Source of the DNA: Lingula anatina
Lineage: Eukaryota; Animalia; Brachiopoda
NCBI GenBank assembly: GCA_051362555.1
Contig: CM120649.1
Coordinates: 7,316,001 to 7,380,000 of the forward strand
Length of the DNA stretch: 64,000 bases
Direction: 5' to 3'
The position numbers and the translations under genes are program-made. Below are positions 52,279-63,370 of this stretch, piece by piece (positions within the stretch are counted from its first letter, which is position 1; the number at the start of each line of letters is the position of its first letter). Below the pieces are notes generated by a model. That model had not been told where the DNA came from. It ran no database searches and was given only the letters and a program-made list of their open reading frames with translations.

Positions 52279-55200
52279 CATGTGCCATGTAAATAAATAA
52301 ACACAGTTACATTTTAGTTGGACACGGTTATAAAATTTTAAACTTGATAACTTTATTTTCCAGTATGTGGCCTTCCCTCCGATCTAGTCTTCGTCATCGA
52401 CGCCAGCTCCAGCATATGGCCGCCTCACTTCCGGAAACAGCTAGAGTTCATCAACAGCGTGGTCAACGAATTCAACGTGGACGGGCACGGGACGGGGACA
52501 AGGGTCGGCGCCATCACGTTCAGTGACTCCTACGCCGTGGACATCCAGTTTAACCTCAACGATTACTTCAAGCGGGAGCAGCTGTCCAATGCCATTAAGA
52601 AGATTTACCAGCGTGCTGGACAGACGTACACCAATATCGCTTTGAAGAAGATGCGCGAAAGCATGATGACGATGCGGGAGGGCGCTAGATGGGACGATGA
52701 TGAAGTGAGCATGCAAAAAAATACTCAAGTCCTAAATATTTAAGGAACAAAAATTAATTCAAAGGCCATGGCACTATATAGATTTTGATTAAAATGTTTA
52801 TTAATTTATAATTAAAACAACTTCTAAAATAACTGCTTTATCAATTGCGCATTGACAGATTATGGTCTTTTCTTATTTGTATAGGTCCCTAAAATCGCCA
52901 TCGTGATGACAGACGGGAAGTCTACACTCAAAGAAGAGACGATCAAACAGGCCAAGCTGGCCAAAGAGGCGGGGATCAGAATCATGGTCATCGGCATTGG
53001 CGATCGGCGTAAGAACGTAAGTTTGAAAGCATTTTATCCTGAAGTAAGAAGTTAGGAAAAATAACCCCTCAGCATCTAAAAACGTAGTACGATTGTTATC
53101 GGGGACCCTAGAATGTTTCGCATTTCATTTTACACGGAATGACATTCCGACATACCATAACTCTAAATATTACATAGGAAAACTCCTTTTGCTTCAGGGT
53201 TTGAACATCGACATCAACGAGCTGAATGCCATAGCAAGCGAGCCCACGGAGAAGAACGTGTTCCACGTGAAAGGCGGCTATGACGCCTTGAACAACATCA
53301 AGAGGGAGTTGGCCATCAAAGCGTGTGAAGTCAAGGCTAAGATTCCACCATGGCATGGTAAGCACCATGTGTTCATTTCTTGTGTTCATTTTATATATCG
53401 GGACAGGGGATTGAGTTGTATGATTTCAATTGTTTTGGTGGTCATTTCCAGTTACAAGGAGGTTTACCTCGATGCCATTCATTGTTGGGTGGGGACGTTG
53501 TATAAATGCCGCGCCAAAATTGGTTTGAGCGCAAAATTTCTCGTGGCACGTACTGTAGAAAAAGAAACTAAAGTAAAATTCGCAATAATGCACGCAACTC
53601 GGGTATATTTTATCTCGTTGACACCATCAAACTATTGCCAACCACCACAGAGGCTTAACTAAGGCTGATATCATGTTGCGTAACTCAAGATAATGGCACC
53701 TTTTCGGTGTCACATATTCTCCCTGTTTCGTGATTTCACTTCACGAATCCAAACTGCATCTTCAAGGTCACGCTCTTTCTCAGATGGAGCATCGAAACAC
53801 ATACGGCTTTAAAAAAGACATTTCAATGTGGGAAAGTATCATGTTTGACAGGTTAATCTTGAGCACCAAGGGAGTTTAAGCCTTAACTGCATTCAGAGTT
53901 TTGTCTCGATTTTTTCCAACGTGTTGGGTGACAGCACGGGAGTGTTTGAACAATGCTGTCAGACATTTCAGTAGTTTGTCTTTGATTTCCATTGATTATT
54001 ATATTGTATTTACTTGCTGAAACGTTTATTATATACATGATCCTGTCTATATCAATGATTTTATATTTCTTCCTACTCCAATGAAGGCATGGTGGTGTCT
54101 TTTTCTGGTACACGTCACTAAGTGTAACAGAATGTCTAGCTGGTGCACGTGAACCAATATACCAATGCGACAGTCACTGGTACATGCAGTAACCCACTAC
54201 GGTGCATATTCGATTCATTTTCTTTATTCCCTTATTGATTTTGATTATTTGTAGACTGCGGCAAGAAGATGCAATCCGATGTTGCCTTCGTTCTGGGGGA
54301 GGCCACGACGAGAAACCCCGACAAATTGCGCTTCTACAGTCAGCTCGTCAAGAACATCACCAAGAAGTTTGAAGTCGGACCGGATGCCATCCAGGTCGCC
54401 ATGGTCCCAGAGGAGTGCAAGGCACCCGGATTCTCTTTCAACCAGTACCAGGATATGTGGTCCCTTCATAAACATTTGGACAACGTAGAGGTAATGCCAT
54501 TTTCATTTAAAGTGTTAGGGTAAAAGATACACAAATTGCTTTCATCTTCGTCCAAGCTTTCATGGAAAAAAAGCTAACATCAATGGTCTTTGAAATGTAG
54601 GACTGGTACATGGTATATGTATATATACAGAAAACGTATGATTTAGCCTTGTATTAACTTGTATTTACTCTGTCCCAATATGTTTTTATTTCTCTTAAAA
54701 TAAAGGTCCGTTCTATGTTTATTACAGAGCAAAGAATTGTACACCACCCAGTCAAGAATCCACCACCTCGTCAAGAGCACTTTCCACCATAAAAACGGCG
54801 CCCGTAAGAATGTACGGAAATTGGCGGTGCTCGTTTTGGACAAGGACCCAGAAAAGTTGAAATCGGCCTACGCCGCAGCCAGAGCTGCGAAGAAGCACGG
54901 TATTAAAATTATGACACTGGCAGTCTCCGATGAAGTAAGCGACAAGACGTTGTTCAGCCTCGCCTCCAAGCCTCAGTATGGGTTAAGGTTCAACCAATCA
55001 GCAGCTTTGAACAAAAATCTACGAAAGCTTTTATACAGAGTAATCTGCAAAGGTAAGGTTCTGTCAAATAAACATGTATATAATAGTACCGAAGCTAATC
55101 ACATAGAAGATATTTCAATAAAGTTTTATTTACAACAAAAGTACGTTTAAGCTTAAAGCGTCTTTGAACAATATACGAATTCGTTAAAAGATTTAAATAT

Positions 55201-55399
55201 TTCAAATGTGTTTGGCCACAGTGTATGAATTTCTCTTCTCGCAAATAAATAAATAAATAAAATGGAATAAAGAAATAATAAGAAATAAAATAAAAACATA
55301 CACTCATGATTACAAACATCTTTATTGTTATCCTTTTTCTCAACAGATAAAGAAGAGGAAGACGAAGATGAACGCGGCGGCTACGTGGACGAGTCATGA
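44971..55399 (+). CDS. Secreted two-VWA-domain extracellular matrix protein (matrilin/collagen VI-type VWA domains, no collagen helix); spliced CDS join(44971..45021,48952..49015,52364..52704,52885..53016,53198..53357,54255..54490,54728..55052,55347..55399), 453 aa
   Basis: All 7 introns are GT..AG with pyrimidine-rich acceptors. Phases (0,1,0,0,1,0,1) join into one open frame of 1362 nt ending TGA at 55397-55399. VWA hallmarks: DLVFVIDASSS (MIDAS DxSxS), TRVGAITFSD, GQTYTNIAL, IAIVMTDGKS, IMVIGIG, ELNAIASEP. Second domain: SDVAFVL, FEVGPDAIQVAMV, GARKNVRKLAVLVLD, GIKIMTLAV. Confidence 0.9.
48952..49015 (+). CDS. VWA gene exon 2 (VSGYFSDYEFETKPQPTGPPK; signal cleavage site and N-terminal linker)
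   Basis: Acceptor ctttcatttttacctttttAG, donor AAA A|GTAAGT. Phase 0 in and phase 1 out exactly bridge exons 1 and 3. VSG fits a signal peptidase -3/-1 site. Confidence 0.78.
52101..52281. repeat. Interrupted (GTA)n microsatellite with a 47-bp higher-order unit, in intron 2
   Basis: (GTA)10 GACAT (GTA)14 GACAT (GTA)14 GACAT (GTA)16 GCAT. Confidence 0.97.
52364..52704 (+). CDS. VWA gene exon 3 (first part of VWA1, includes MIDAS DASSS)
   Basis: Acceptor ctttattttcCAG, donor GAA|GTGAGC. Translates ICGLPSDLVFVIDASSSIWPPHFRKQLEF...GARWDDDE and overlaps ORF 52459..52743. Confidence 0.93.
52885..53016 (+). CDS. VWA gene exon 4 (VPKIAIVMTDGKS...IMVIGIGDRRKN)
   Basis: Acceptor ttatttgtaTAG, donor AAC|GTAAGT. 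Contains the conserved VWA TDG motif. Absent from the ORF track. Confidence 0.92.
53198..53357 (+). CDS. VWA gene exon 5 (end of VWA1: GLNIDINELNAIASEP...AIKACEVKAKIPPWH)
   Basis: Acceptor ccttttgcttCAG, donor G|GTAAGC. Lies inside ORF 53093..53662. Confidence 0.92.
54255..54490 (+). CDS. VWA gene exon 6 (start of VWA2, degenerate MIDAS)
   Basis: Acceptor ttatttgTAG, donor GAG|GTAATG. Translates DCGKKMQSDVAFVLGEATT...HLDNVE and overlaps ORF 54269..54523. Confidence 0.9.
54728..55052 (+). CDS. VWA gene exon 7 (remainder of VWA2, strongly basic)
   Basis: Acceptor tgtttattaCAG, donor G|GTAAGG. Translates SKELYTTQ...LLYRVICK and overlaps ORF 54737..55150. Confidence 0.9.
55347..55399 (+). CDS. 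VWA gene terminal coding exon 8 (acidic tail DKEEEDEDERGGYVDES*)
   Basis: Acceptor tcctttttctcaaCAG, phase 1 compatible with exon 7, stop TGA at 55397-55399. Confidence 0.8.
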
Positions 55400-58300
55400 A
55401 CGTTATCTCTCCTCACAGAAATCGAAATTCCCCGTTACCCACCACGTGATACTTGACTTTTCAAGGTGGCAGAGCATCAGTGTGACACATTCATGTCTTC
55501 TTGGTCGAAGACTTTTCGGAATTTCAAGAAATTCCTAATCGTTTCCGCAAACAGTTAAAAAATAAGTCGTTTTAAACTTTTGGGACAGTTGCGCGGAAAC
55601 ATACACCCCACATTGTATTATCCAGAGACTTAAACAGCATTAAACCGTGAATCGGACACACGACTTCGCATCTATAAACGGCTGGAAGCAGAGCGTCAGT
55701 GATGCGATTAGATAGGACGTCATCAAATCAGACAAAGTGACAAAAGACTTCTGAAGAACAAAATTCGTCCACCAGAGAACTTTGTTCAATCTTTACATCT
55801 CTGCCTTTGCCGCTTACCTGTACTCGTTTTAATCATCATCTGTTCATTTATTCATTAATCGTGTGCATATCCTCCTGTAACTTCTCATCCACATACTTTC
55901 ACGATAAAGCTGCGTTGTTCGCGCAGATGTTAGTAATAAGACTCGTGTTTGTATTTACGCTATACTGTATTTGGCAGCCTTTGAGGAAACTGTTTAAAGT
56001 TTGTGGAGTTGAAAAACGTTTTTGATGTAAAAATGTGATCGTATCCAATTAGGTATTGACTGTAGTTTACACAACTTGAGCTAAAAGCAACGGTAGCGAG
56101 GCACACCTGGAAAAGCAATAAACGCTGCCGACACAACATGATGTCGCGTGAAGGGGGTGACAAAATGGCATCGAAGTGACAACTGTAAGGGTTTTTATTT
56201 GACGCGTGACCGCCAAAAAGGTGTGTTCCGAGAAAGTGTGAAATTTTGGGCACTTTGCAAGTGGGCTTAAAACAAAATATGTTGATTTTAAAAATCATGC
56301 CGGACATGACCGCGTTTGTCTTGTGGTCTATCTTGAATTTTGACTTCTGACAACTGCAAAAAACGAAAAGTGCCTATCGTAAATTACATCAGCTGCGGAT
56401 CTTTGGACCCCCTTCGGCGACAAATGTTTTGCAAAATGCTCAGGGAAATGGATTTATTCTTTCGCTATACAAAATGAATGAAATCACGTGCAATCGAAAG
56501 GTCAAAGTAAGCACCATAATTCAGCAACAAAGGCTGTTTCAGGAAGGCAGTTCAGAACACTGCCATTTCGTACATTTCATAAATACGCGTGCCTGTTCTC
56601 GTGTAGTAATGGGAGGCGAACGAACGTCTTCAAGAAATATATTGACTGTACATGTATTTGTCATCGGACTACTTTTGGTTGATAGGCCTTGTATTGTGTT
56701 TCATTTGACATATATATGACTATACATAATGCTCTGTGCCTTTGTTTTCATGTCATTGACATTGCTAGAAATGTTACAGAAACCCAGGACCAAGTAGCCT
56801 AATTAAGAATTAGTGAGACGGAGCATATATAGCACAGCAATAGAGAGCTTCGATCTAAATAATGAGTAAAGGTTTATCAGTAAAGTCTATTTAGGTATTT
56901 TTTGGTATTTATATTGTTATAATACTGTATATATGTGAATAGTGTAATTTATTATAGTGTAATTTCTGGTTTATTTAGCGAAGATTCATGCACAACGTAC
57001 TGTAGCATGATCATAAATGTGCACTTTGATGGGTAATCAATTTTTATTTTTATCTTTTTATTTTTTCAACAATGTATAAAATCTGAAAAAGTATGCCATT
57101 GTGAATCGGACTTGAGCATTTCAACAGGATGGAACTACTTTTCACATGTGATTTTGACTCGAGTCCCGGTAAACATCATTCTTTTAACACTTGGAGGTTC
57201 TGCATTGTCGAAAGCCAAAGTTGCTATACTGAAACGGGACATTTTGCCAAATACCCTGGTTTTGAATATGTCGTTTTTTAAAACAACCGGATGTTGGATT
57301 TTCCGGATTGTTTTGACGAATACCATGCACCAAAAGATTGGCGAGGACGATATCAAAAGAGCTGCACGTGGACCTGTGCTCTTAAAAGCCATAACTGTTT
57401 ACGCACACCCCACCATTGCTACTTTTTGACGACTAACTGGTGCCTGCTGTGCCTCCCCCTACGCTATACTTGGCAGGGGCCAATACTCTAAGTCGCGGGG
57501 CCAATATAGCCATCGATATTGAGCATCCAACACTTTGGCACAAAGTGTTATCTTAACGATCTGACTGTGGGATAAATGAAGAACTGGCTTCATCGGTTAA
57601 TACTGATGAATATTATGTAAATATCGTCCTAAAAACAAAAGAATGTTTCTGATAAAAGCGGTTGACTGCCAGATGATCTTTGACTGGAAAATACGTTTGC
57701 AAGTGTTTTATTCGTTGAACGTGGTGAGCACACGTTATTTGTTTGTGATATTTTCACTGATGGTATTTATATTGAAATGTACAATATAAGAGAATATTTT
57801 TTGGAAATACACACCGTACTGAAAGAATTATGATTGTCTATTGTTTGCTTTTACAGTTATGTTTTCTATATGTGTGTGTGTGTATGTGTGTGTTTTTTCT
57901 CTCTTTTTTTTTTTTTTTGGGGGGGGGGTAGGGGGGCATTCAGAACTCAAGTTTAATTCCTCGCGATGGGTTTGCAGTGATACAACAGTTAAATTGAACT
58001 CTCTGAAATGCCAAAATGAATTTAGTTGAGTTAAACGAAGTCACGTGGTGTCAAAAACCTAATGACTTCACACATAAGCTTCAATAAGAGATTGAATTAT
58101 AACTCCAGCTTTATTTTCTTTTTTTTTTAAATGTGTTGGTATACGTTTCATCTGGAAAAAGTGTCATAATAATTATTTACAAGATATCATGAGGTTATGT
58201 TTTCGGTGATTAAAAGTTTTTTTTTTGTTCTTACCTGTAGTTTATCAAACATATTGAAATTATCATTCTTACCAAAGGGAATTGTTCAAGGAAAGTATTG

Positions 58301-59902
58301 TTCATTTCTCTAGAATTTATTATAAATATATTATAACTTATTACGTCTACGGGACGCAAGACCCAAAACTCGTGCCTACGTAGCGCTAGAGTTTTGTTGT
58401 TTTCGCATCTCCAATAAATTGAAATGGTTGAAGAGTGACTTGTATAAAAAATATGCTCATACATAAATTTGAATTCAAATCAAACTTTCTCAGAAAGAGG
58501 TGGTAAAGATTAATAGTGAACGGAAGCAATGTTTAACGTACCATGGCACGCATTCAATAACCTCTTAAACCCAACATAAGGGCTATGAAGAAATTTAATT
58601 CGAATTTCACATAGCAGAAGCTACACTGTACATACCGGTTCCTGTACCTCTTATGTTTATTCTTGCAAGAAACTGTTTGTTCAGAAGAATATGAAGCACA
58701 TCGAACCTTATAGCTTGTTCTACTCTAAATCGGCAATGTAAACAACTTCAGTTAATATCTCTGTTGGGGAGCTGGTTTTCCGCGTAACAAGAAGTACTCC
58801 ATATTTCACCAAGATTTATAACCAGTGGTGCATGACACAGGTGTTTTCTGCGGTCTTGACGTTTGAAGCCCGAGCTGTCATCAACAGCTTACTGCAATCC
58901 ATCAAAGATACTGAGGTTTGGGTTTCTTTACCGGATCGGGTCAAAACAAATAGAGGGTCGGGTCAAGGGACATTGGATCATTCACCTTATATTGTTATTG
59001 TTCCATTTTTATTTTCGAATTTTAATTACATTGGCCCCACTCTAAATGATAAATTTAAAAAAAGTTCGGAAAGGGAAAGGGATGTCCAGAAATGTTATCC
59101 AGAACGACAGACCTCTCATCTTTCAACATACGAAATACTTCTGGATGATTTTTTAAATATATTATGACAAAACTATCCACGCCCAAATGTTCTTTTATGT
59201 GAGCCTTCCCAGGGTCACGTGGGATCACATTCAAAGGTGACGTAATGGCGTTATCCTTTTACTGTGTATGCGTTCCTTTTGCGTCACCATTTTCCGCCAG
59301 ACCAACTCTGTTATTTGATCACGCCAGATGTCATAAAAGAAAGACGATATTAGATAATCCTTAATGTATTTTTGACGGTGTGTCATACCTTCATACTGTA
59401 TAAGATTACGTGTTATAAAATGACTTATTACGATAGAATATGCAATAAACCATATCATTTAACACTAGGCAATATATTATGCATTAATAATCTAGAAATA
59501 GATTTGCCTTGAAGGAAGAAACACTGACTTGTCTGATCTGAAAATAATACTTTATCCACGAACTAGTTGAACCATCAGAAGTTCATGAATATAACTGAGA
59601 TGATTTTCAAAAAAAAAAAAAAAAATGGATTTAGCGGGACTGAAAACTGGTTTAAACTTCCACACCATAACTTGTATCTAATTATGCCTAAGATAAATCC
59701 AAAATGGTCCGCTTAACTGAATGAAGTAAGCGCCTGAAAAGTTGGCCAACCCTTTATTGTTATGAAACATCAAATAAAAAAGGGACTTTTTCTATATTAC
59801 AATATCCGATACTACTCATGTGTGCCTCGATCTAGCTGTATGTCTGTTGATGCACACACTAGGACGCGCGAACCACAAGGCTCACGAATACGAAACACGC
59901 TA

Positions 59903-59920
59903 ACACACACACACACACAC

Positions 59921-59971
<51 letters not shown>
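59903..59971. repeat. Compound (AC)n(AG)n microsatellite
   Basis: Read directly from the sequence. Confidence 0.97.
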
Positions 59972-59974
<3 letters not shown>

Positions 59975-62900
59975 CAAGTGCACATTTGGCGCTGCTTGTC
60001 ACAAATGTGTACTGACGTCGACAACAGTGCAGTTCTTGTTTAACAATGTTCTATGTGTTTACAGTTTTGCAGCCTTCTAGTTGAATTAATTGAGATAACA
60101 GAGCGAGAGTAATTTTACGTAACAGCCATCTACGCTTCCTCCTTCTGCAATGTATGTAAACACCATGAAATATTACGTGGCAGGTTGGCTCCCAAGCTTG
60201 GTGCGTAAGCAGGTCTTCGTGCGTAAGCAATTGAGGACCCGGAGGGGGCACGGTGGGTGATTTCACCCCCCCCCTCTCTCTCTCTGTCACACACACACAC
60301 ACACGCGCGCGCGCGCAGAGAGAGCTTCGGAGGTGCCCACTTCCCCCACAAATCAAAACACGTACAGGTATAACAAAACTAAGCAATTTTCACTCACTGT
60401 GCCCTGCGTTTGCATGTGCAATAAAATATTTTCCATATGAGCCCGTTGCATGTACTGATTTTTAATCTGTGTAGGAATAACATGTACAATATATCATTGC
60501 GTCACGTGAGGGGTCACTTGTCACAATGAGGCCCATAACACCACTTAGGTGGCTTTTTTTAATTGGTAATAATAAGTGCATGATCTTTCATCATCACACT
60601 TTTGTTTTAAAAAACCTTGGAAATAAGCTTTGCATTTATGCATTTATGCCTTATTATCTCAATAATCTTTCAAATCATCAAAAAGATTAATAATGAGCAA
60701 AAAGTGACTAAGACAAGGGGAATAATTGCTTGTAAAAAAATACTGTTCTTAAATGCAGCATATCTTTAAAAATAACCGGATGAAATACACACGAGGTCAT
60801 TGCCTGGCTGTACAGTTCAAACGAAAACTAACTTATATCTTTAACCCTGTTTCATGTACTCGAAGCGTTTGACAGGTCTTACAAAACTGATAAATTAAAA
60901 CCATCACCGGTCTCGAACCACTTTGCCTTATCTTTGAGCATGACTGTGGCCTGTGAATGGGCTTTTCATTAGCCTCCAAACAGTAATAGCTTTACAGTAT
61001 GCAGAACTTGTTCACTATGTTTTTTTCTCCATCGGACGCGTCAGGTATATCTAACATTTAAACGAGGTACGTTTTCTTGATTAAAACTTGATGTAGCGCT
61101 AAATACAACACCAGAAATTTCACATTCTAAAGGTCTTGACAGCGTTCCTATGAGAACGTTTGCTTGTTGAATTCAAATCCCTGCCCACGCCGCCGGCTAC
61201 ATGTGCCCTTAACAGACTGAGTGAAGACTGGTGCACATGAGTTAAGACAAGAATCCAACACAGACAAAAAAGTCATTTTTTGCCACGAACGCCTTCGAAT
61301 TTTTTCATACAGCAAAGCCTTAAAGGCACTTAAATTTATTCTTCGAAAGAATAAATCACTCCCGGAAAAATGCATAAACTTCGTAGGTGTGGAATCCAGA
61401 CTATGTTTAATAAGGATCAATGAATTCGTAAGATTTTCACTCTCCATTTCTTACTATGAAGTTGTTACTTGTAGAAAATTTATCACGGGCTTCCATATGT
61501 GCCGACATTCTTTTATATGGTAAATATTCAGTGACTGATCTTTAACACAGCATTGCCGCATACCAGCCCACGCATTGTCTTACACACATGGGGAGCAATT
61601 AATCATTACAAAATATGAGAAACGCGCGTAAAACTGGGGTTATTACAACCGGAAGTATTTATGAAGCCATTAAAAAAATGTGATCTAAGCGCAGTGTGAT
61701 TAGTATGTACGGTATTTTAATAAAAAATCTTAAAAGACAAATGCGTTCACAGTATAGATTGCGAGACATGCAGTTTGAACATATAAGGAATTGGGATGTG
61801 GAGTGGAGTCGGTAAATACTACGAAATGTCATTTTTTTACTAAATTTATTTGATACAATCAAGGTTCAGGCGCCTTTATAATGATGTTTACGTTTTACAA
61901 GTACCTATTTTGCTACCCGTTAGATATAAGTGAAACTATTTTTCTAACCATCTTTATTGATATCTCAATTTATTTATATTTGGCATCACATCTTAGATGG
62001 CATAAAAGTGCAAACATAGTTCATACAACCATATTCGTATATAATTATTGAAATTAGGCAATGACCAACTGGCTTTAATTTATGAAAACATTTTTTGTCT
62101 TTCTTCAGCAAGTTTACCATTGGTTATTCTAGAAAAAACGAGGTGCATTGGAGACTAATTTTCTCTCATTGTTTTAAAATGGGAGTCTTTCGTGCGAACG
62201 GCCTCTTAGAATCCTTAATAGTCCGTAATAGCCAACATTAATTTTAAAAACTCTGTTAACGCCCAACTTTATTCTCCTCAACTAATTATTGTAGACAGTT
62301 GTTCGCTAGCATTAGGCAACGTTACTAATGCCATTCAGCTGCCTGTGAACAATATAAATAGCAATGAATAATTGTAGATTGTTAACTAATAAAACTGATT
62401 TTCTGGAAATTGTTCAGTAATCACCGTGCACGATCAGATGTTTCTAAATTTTTTGTTTTTTCAATTGGTTTTATATTTTTTTGTAGCAACTGTTTATTAT
62501 CATCATCATTATCATTGCTCATGTTGTTGTTAATGAGGCTAGGGAATTGAAAAATCTATTGCCCACAATAGTGTGTCCCTTACTTAAAGCATCAATATTC
62601 TATAAATAAGCAAGACTGAGTACTCCAGTAACATTTTTTTTGTTTTTTTTTTTTTCAATTTTGCAAAACTAAAATAACTCTGATGGAACAGTACACATCG
62701 CATAGAATCAAGCAATCCAAAACGTTAAATTCCTCCATTAACCGTGTGTCACCGCGGCAAGATTAAGAGCTCATTTAAGAAATACCGACCCGCCTTAATT
62801 AAGGCACGTAACGGGTCAACAACATTTGTCTTTTTTTTATAAATTATAAAGACAAAGAACGAAACATCGGGCACCAAGCTAGGTTCCACTGAAAAAGCAG

Positions 62901-63370
62901 CACCATCTCTGTCTGTCTGATGACTTAATAGCTAAAAAGCAATTAATGAAATGATTTCATGCTTTCGTAAAAAGATCTTGTAATTTCAGAGTCCTTAGTT
63001 TCATTCTCATATCAACCAGCATACAGATGGCTTCTGATCTAAGGGAAACAGGTCCGAGTACATGGTTGTGAAGGACGAAAGGAGTATCCTTCAATACTAT
63101 AAAACACGGTGTGATAACAATTATCCAGCTCTGCGGGGACTCTCGCTGAATGCAATCAGATTAACAAATTAACACGCCTCTTTAGTTTCTAACGTACTCT
63201 TATAATCACCAGTCTCCCTGTATTCTATTCCACTACAGCAGGAAACGTTTAAATCTGTTAATCCGATTGCATTCAGCAAGAGTCCCTTCGGAGTTGGATT
63301 GATCTTCATCAGGGGATAGGTTCATTGCAAATGAGCTCTTATGCGCTGAAAGCTGAGAGTCACCATCTAC

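Noticed and set aside
52027-52304. Poly-L/Y/T ORFs on the minus strand
   Set aside because: These are translations of the (GTA)n microsatellite.
53093-53662. 189-aa ORF as a standalone gene
   Set aside because: Only 53198-53357 is VWA-like and bounded by splice sites. The rest is intron read-through.
44971-55399. Assigning a gene symbol such as COL6A, COL12A1 or MATN
   Set aside because: No Gly-X-Y helix, EGF, FN3 or coiled-coil domain. The similarity is at VWA-domain level only.
56117-56122. AATAAA as the poly(A) signal of the VWA gene
   Set aside because: Plausible, but it lacks a clear downstream GU/U-rich element, and AU-rich sequence continues to ~57800. The 3' end cannot be fixed from sequence alone.
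62930-62990. Hammerhead-like CTGATGA...GAAA
   Set aside because: The stem II closing pair is a C/T mismatch, the cleavage-site base would be G, and no stem I is evident. CTGATGA at ~43069 also fails.
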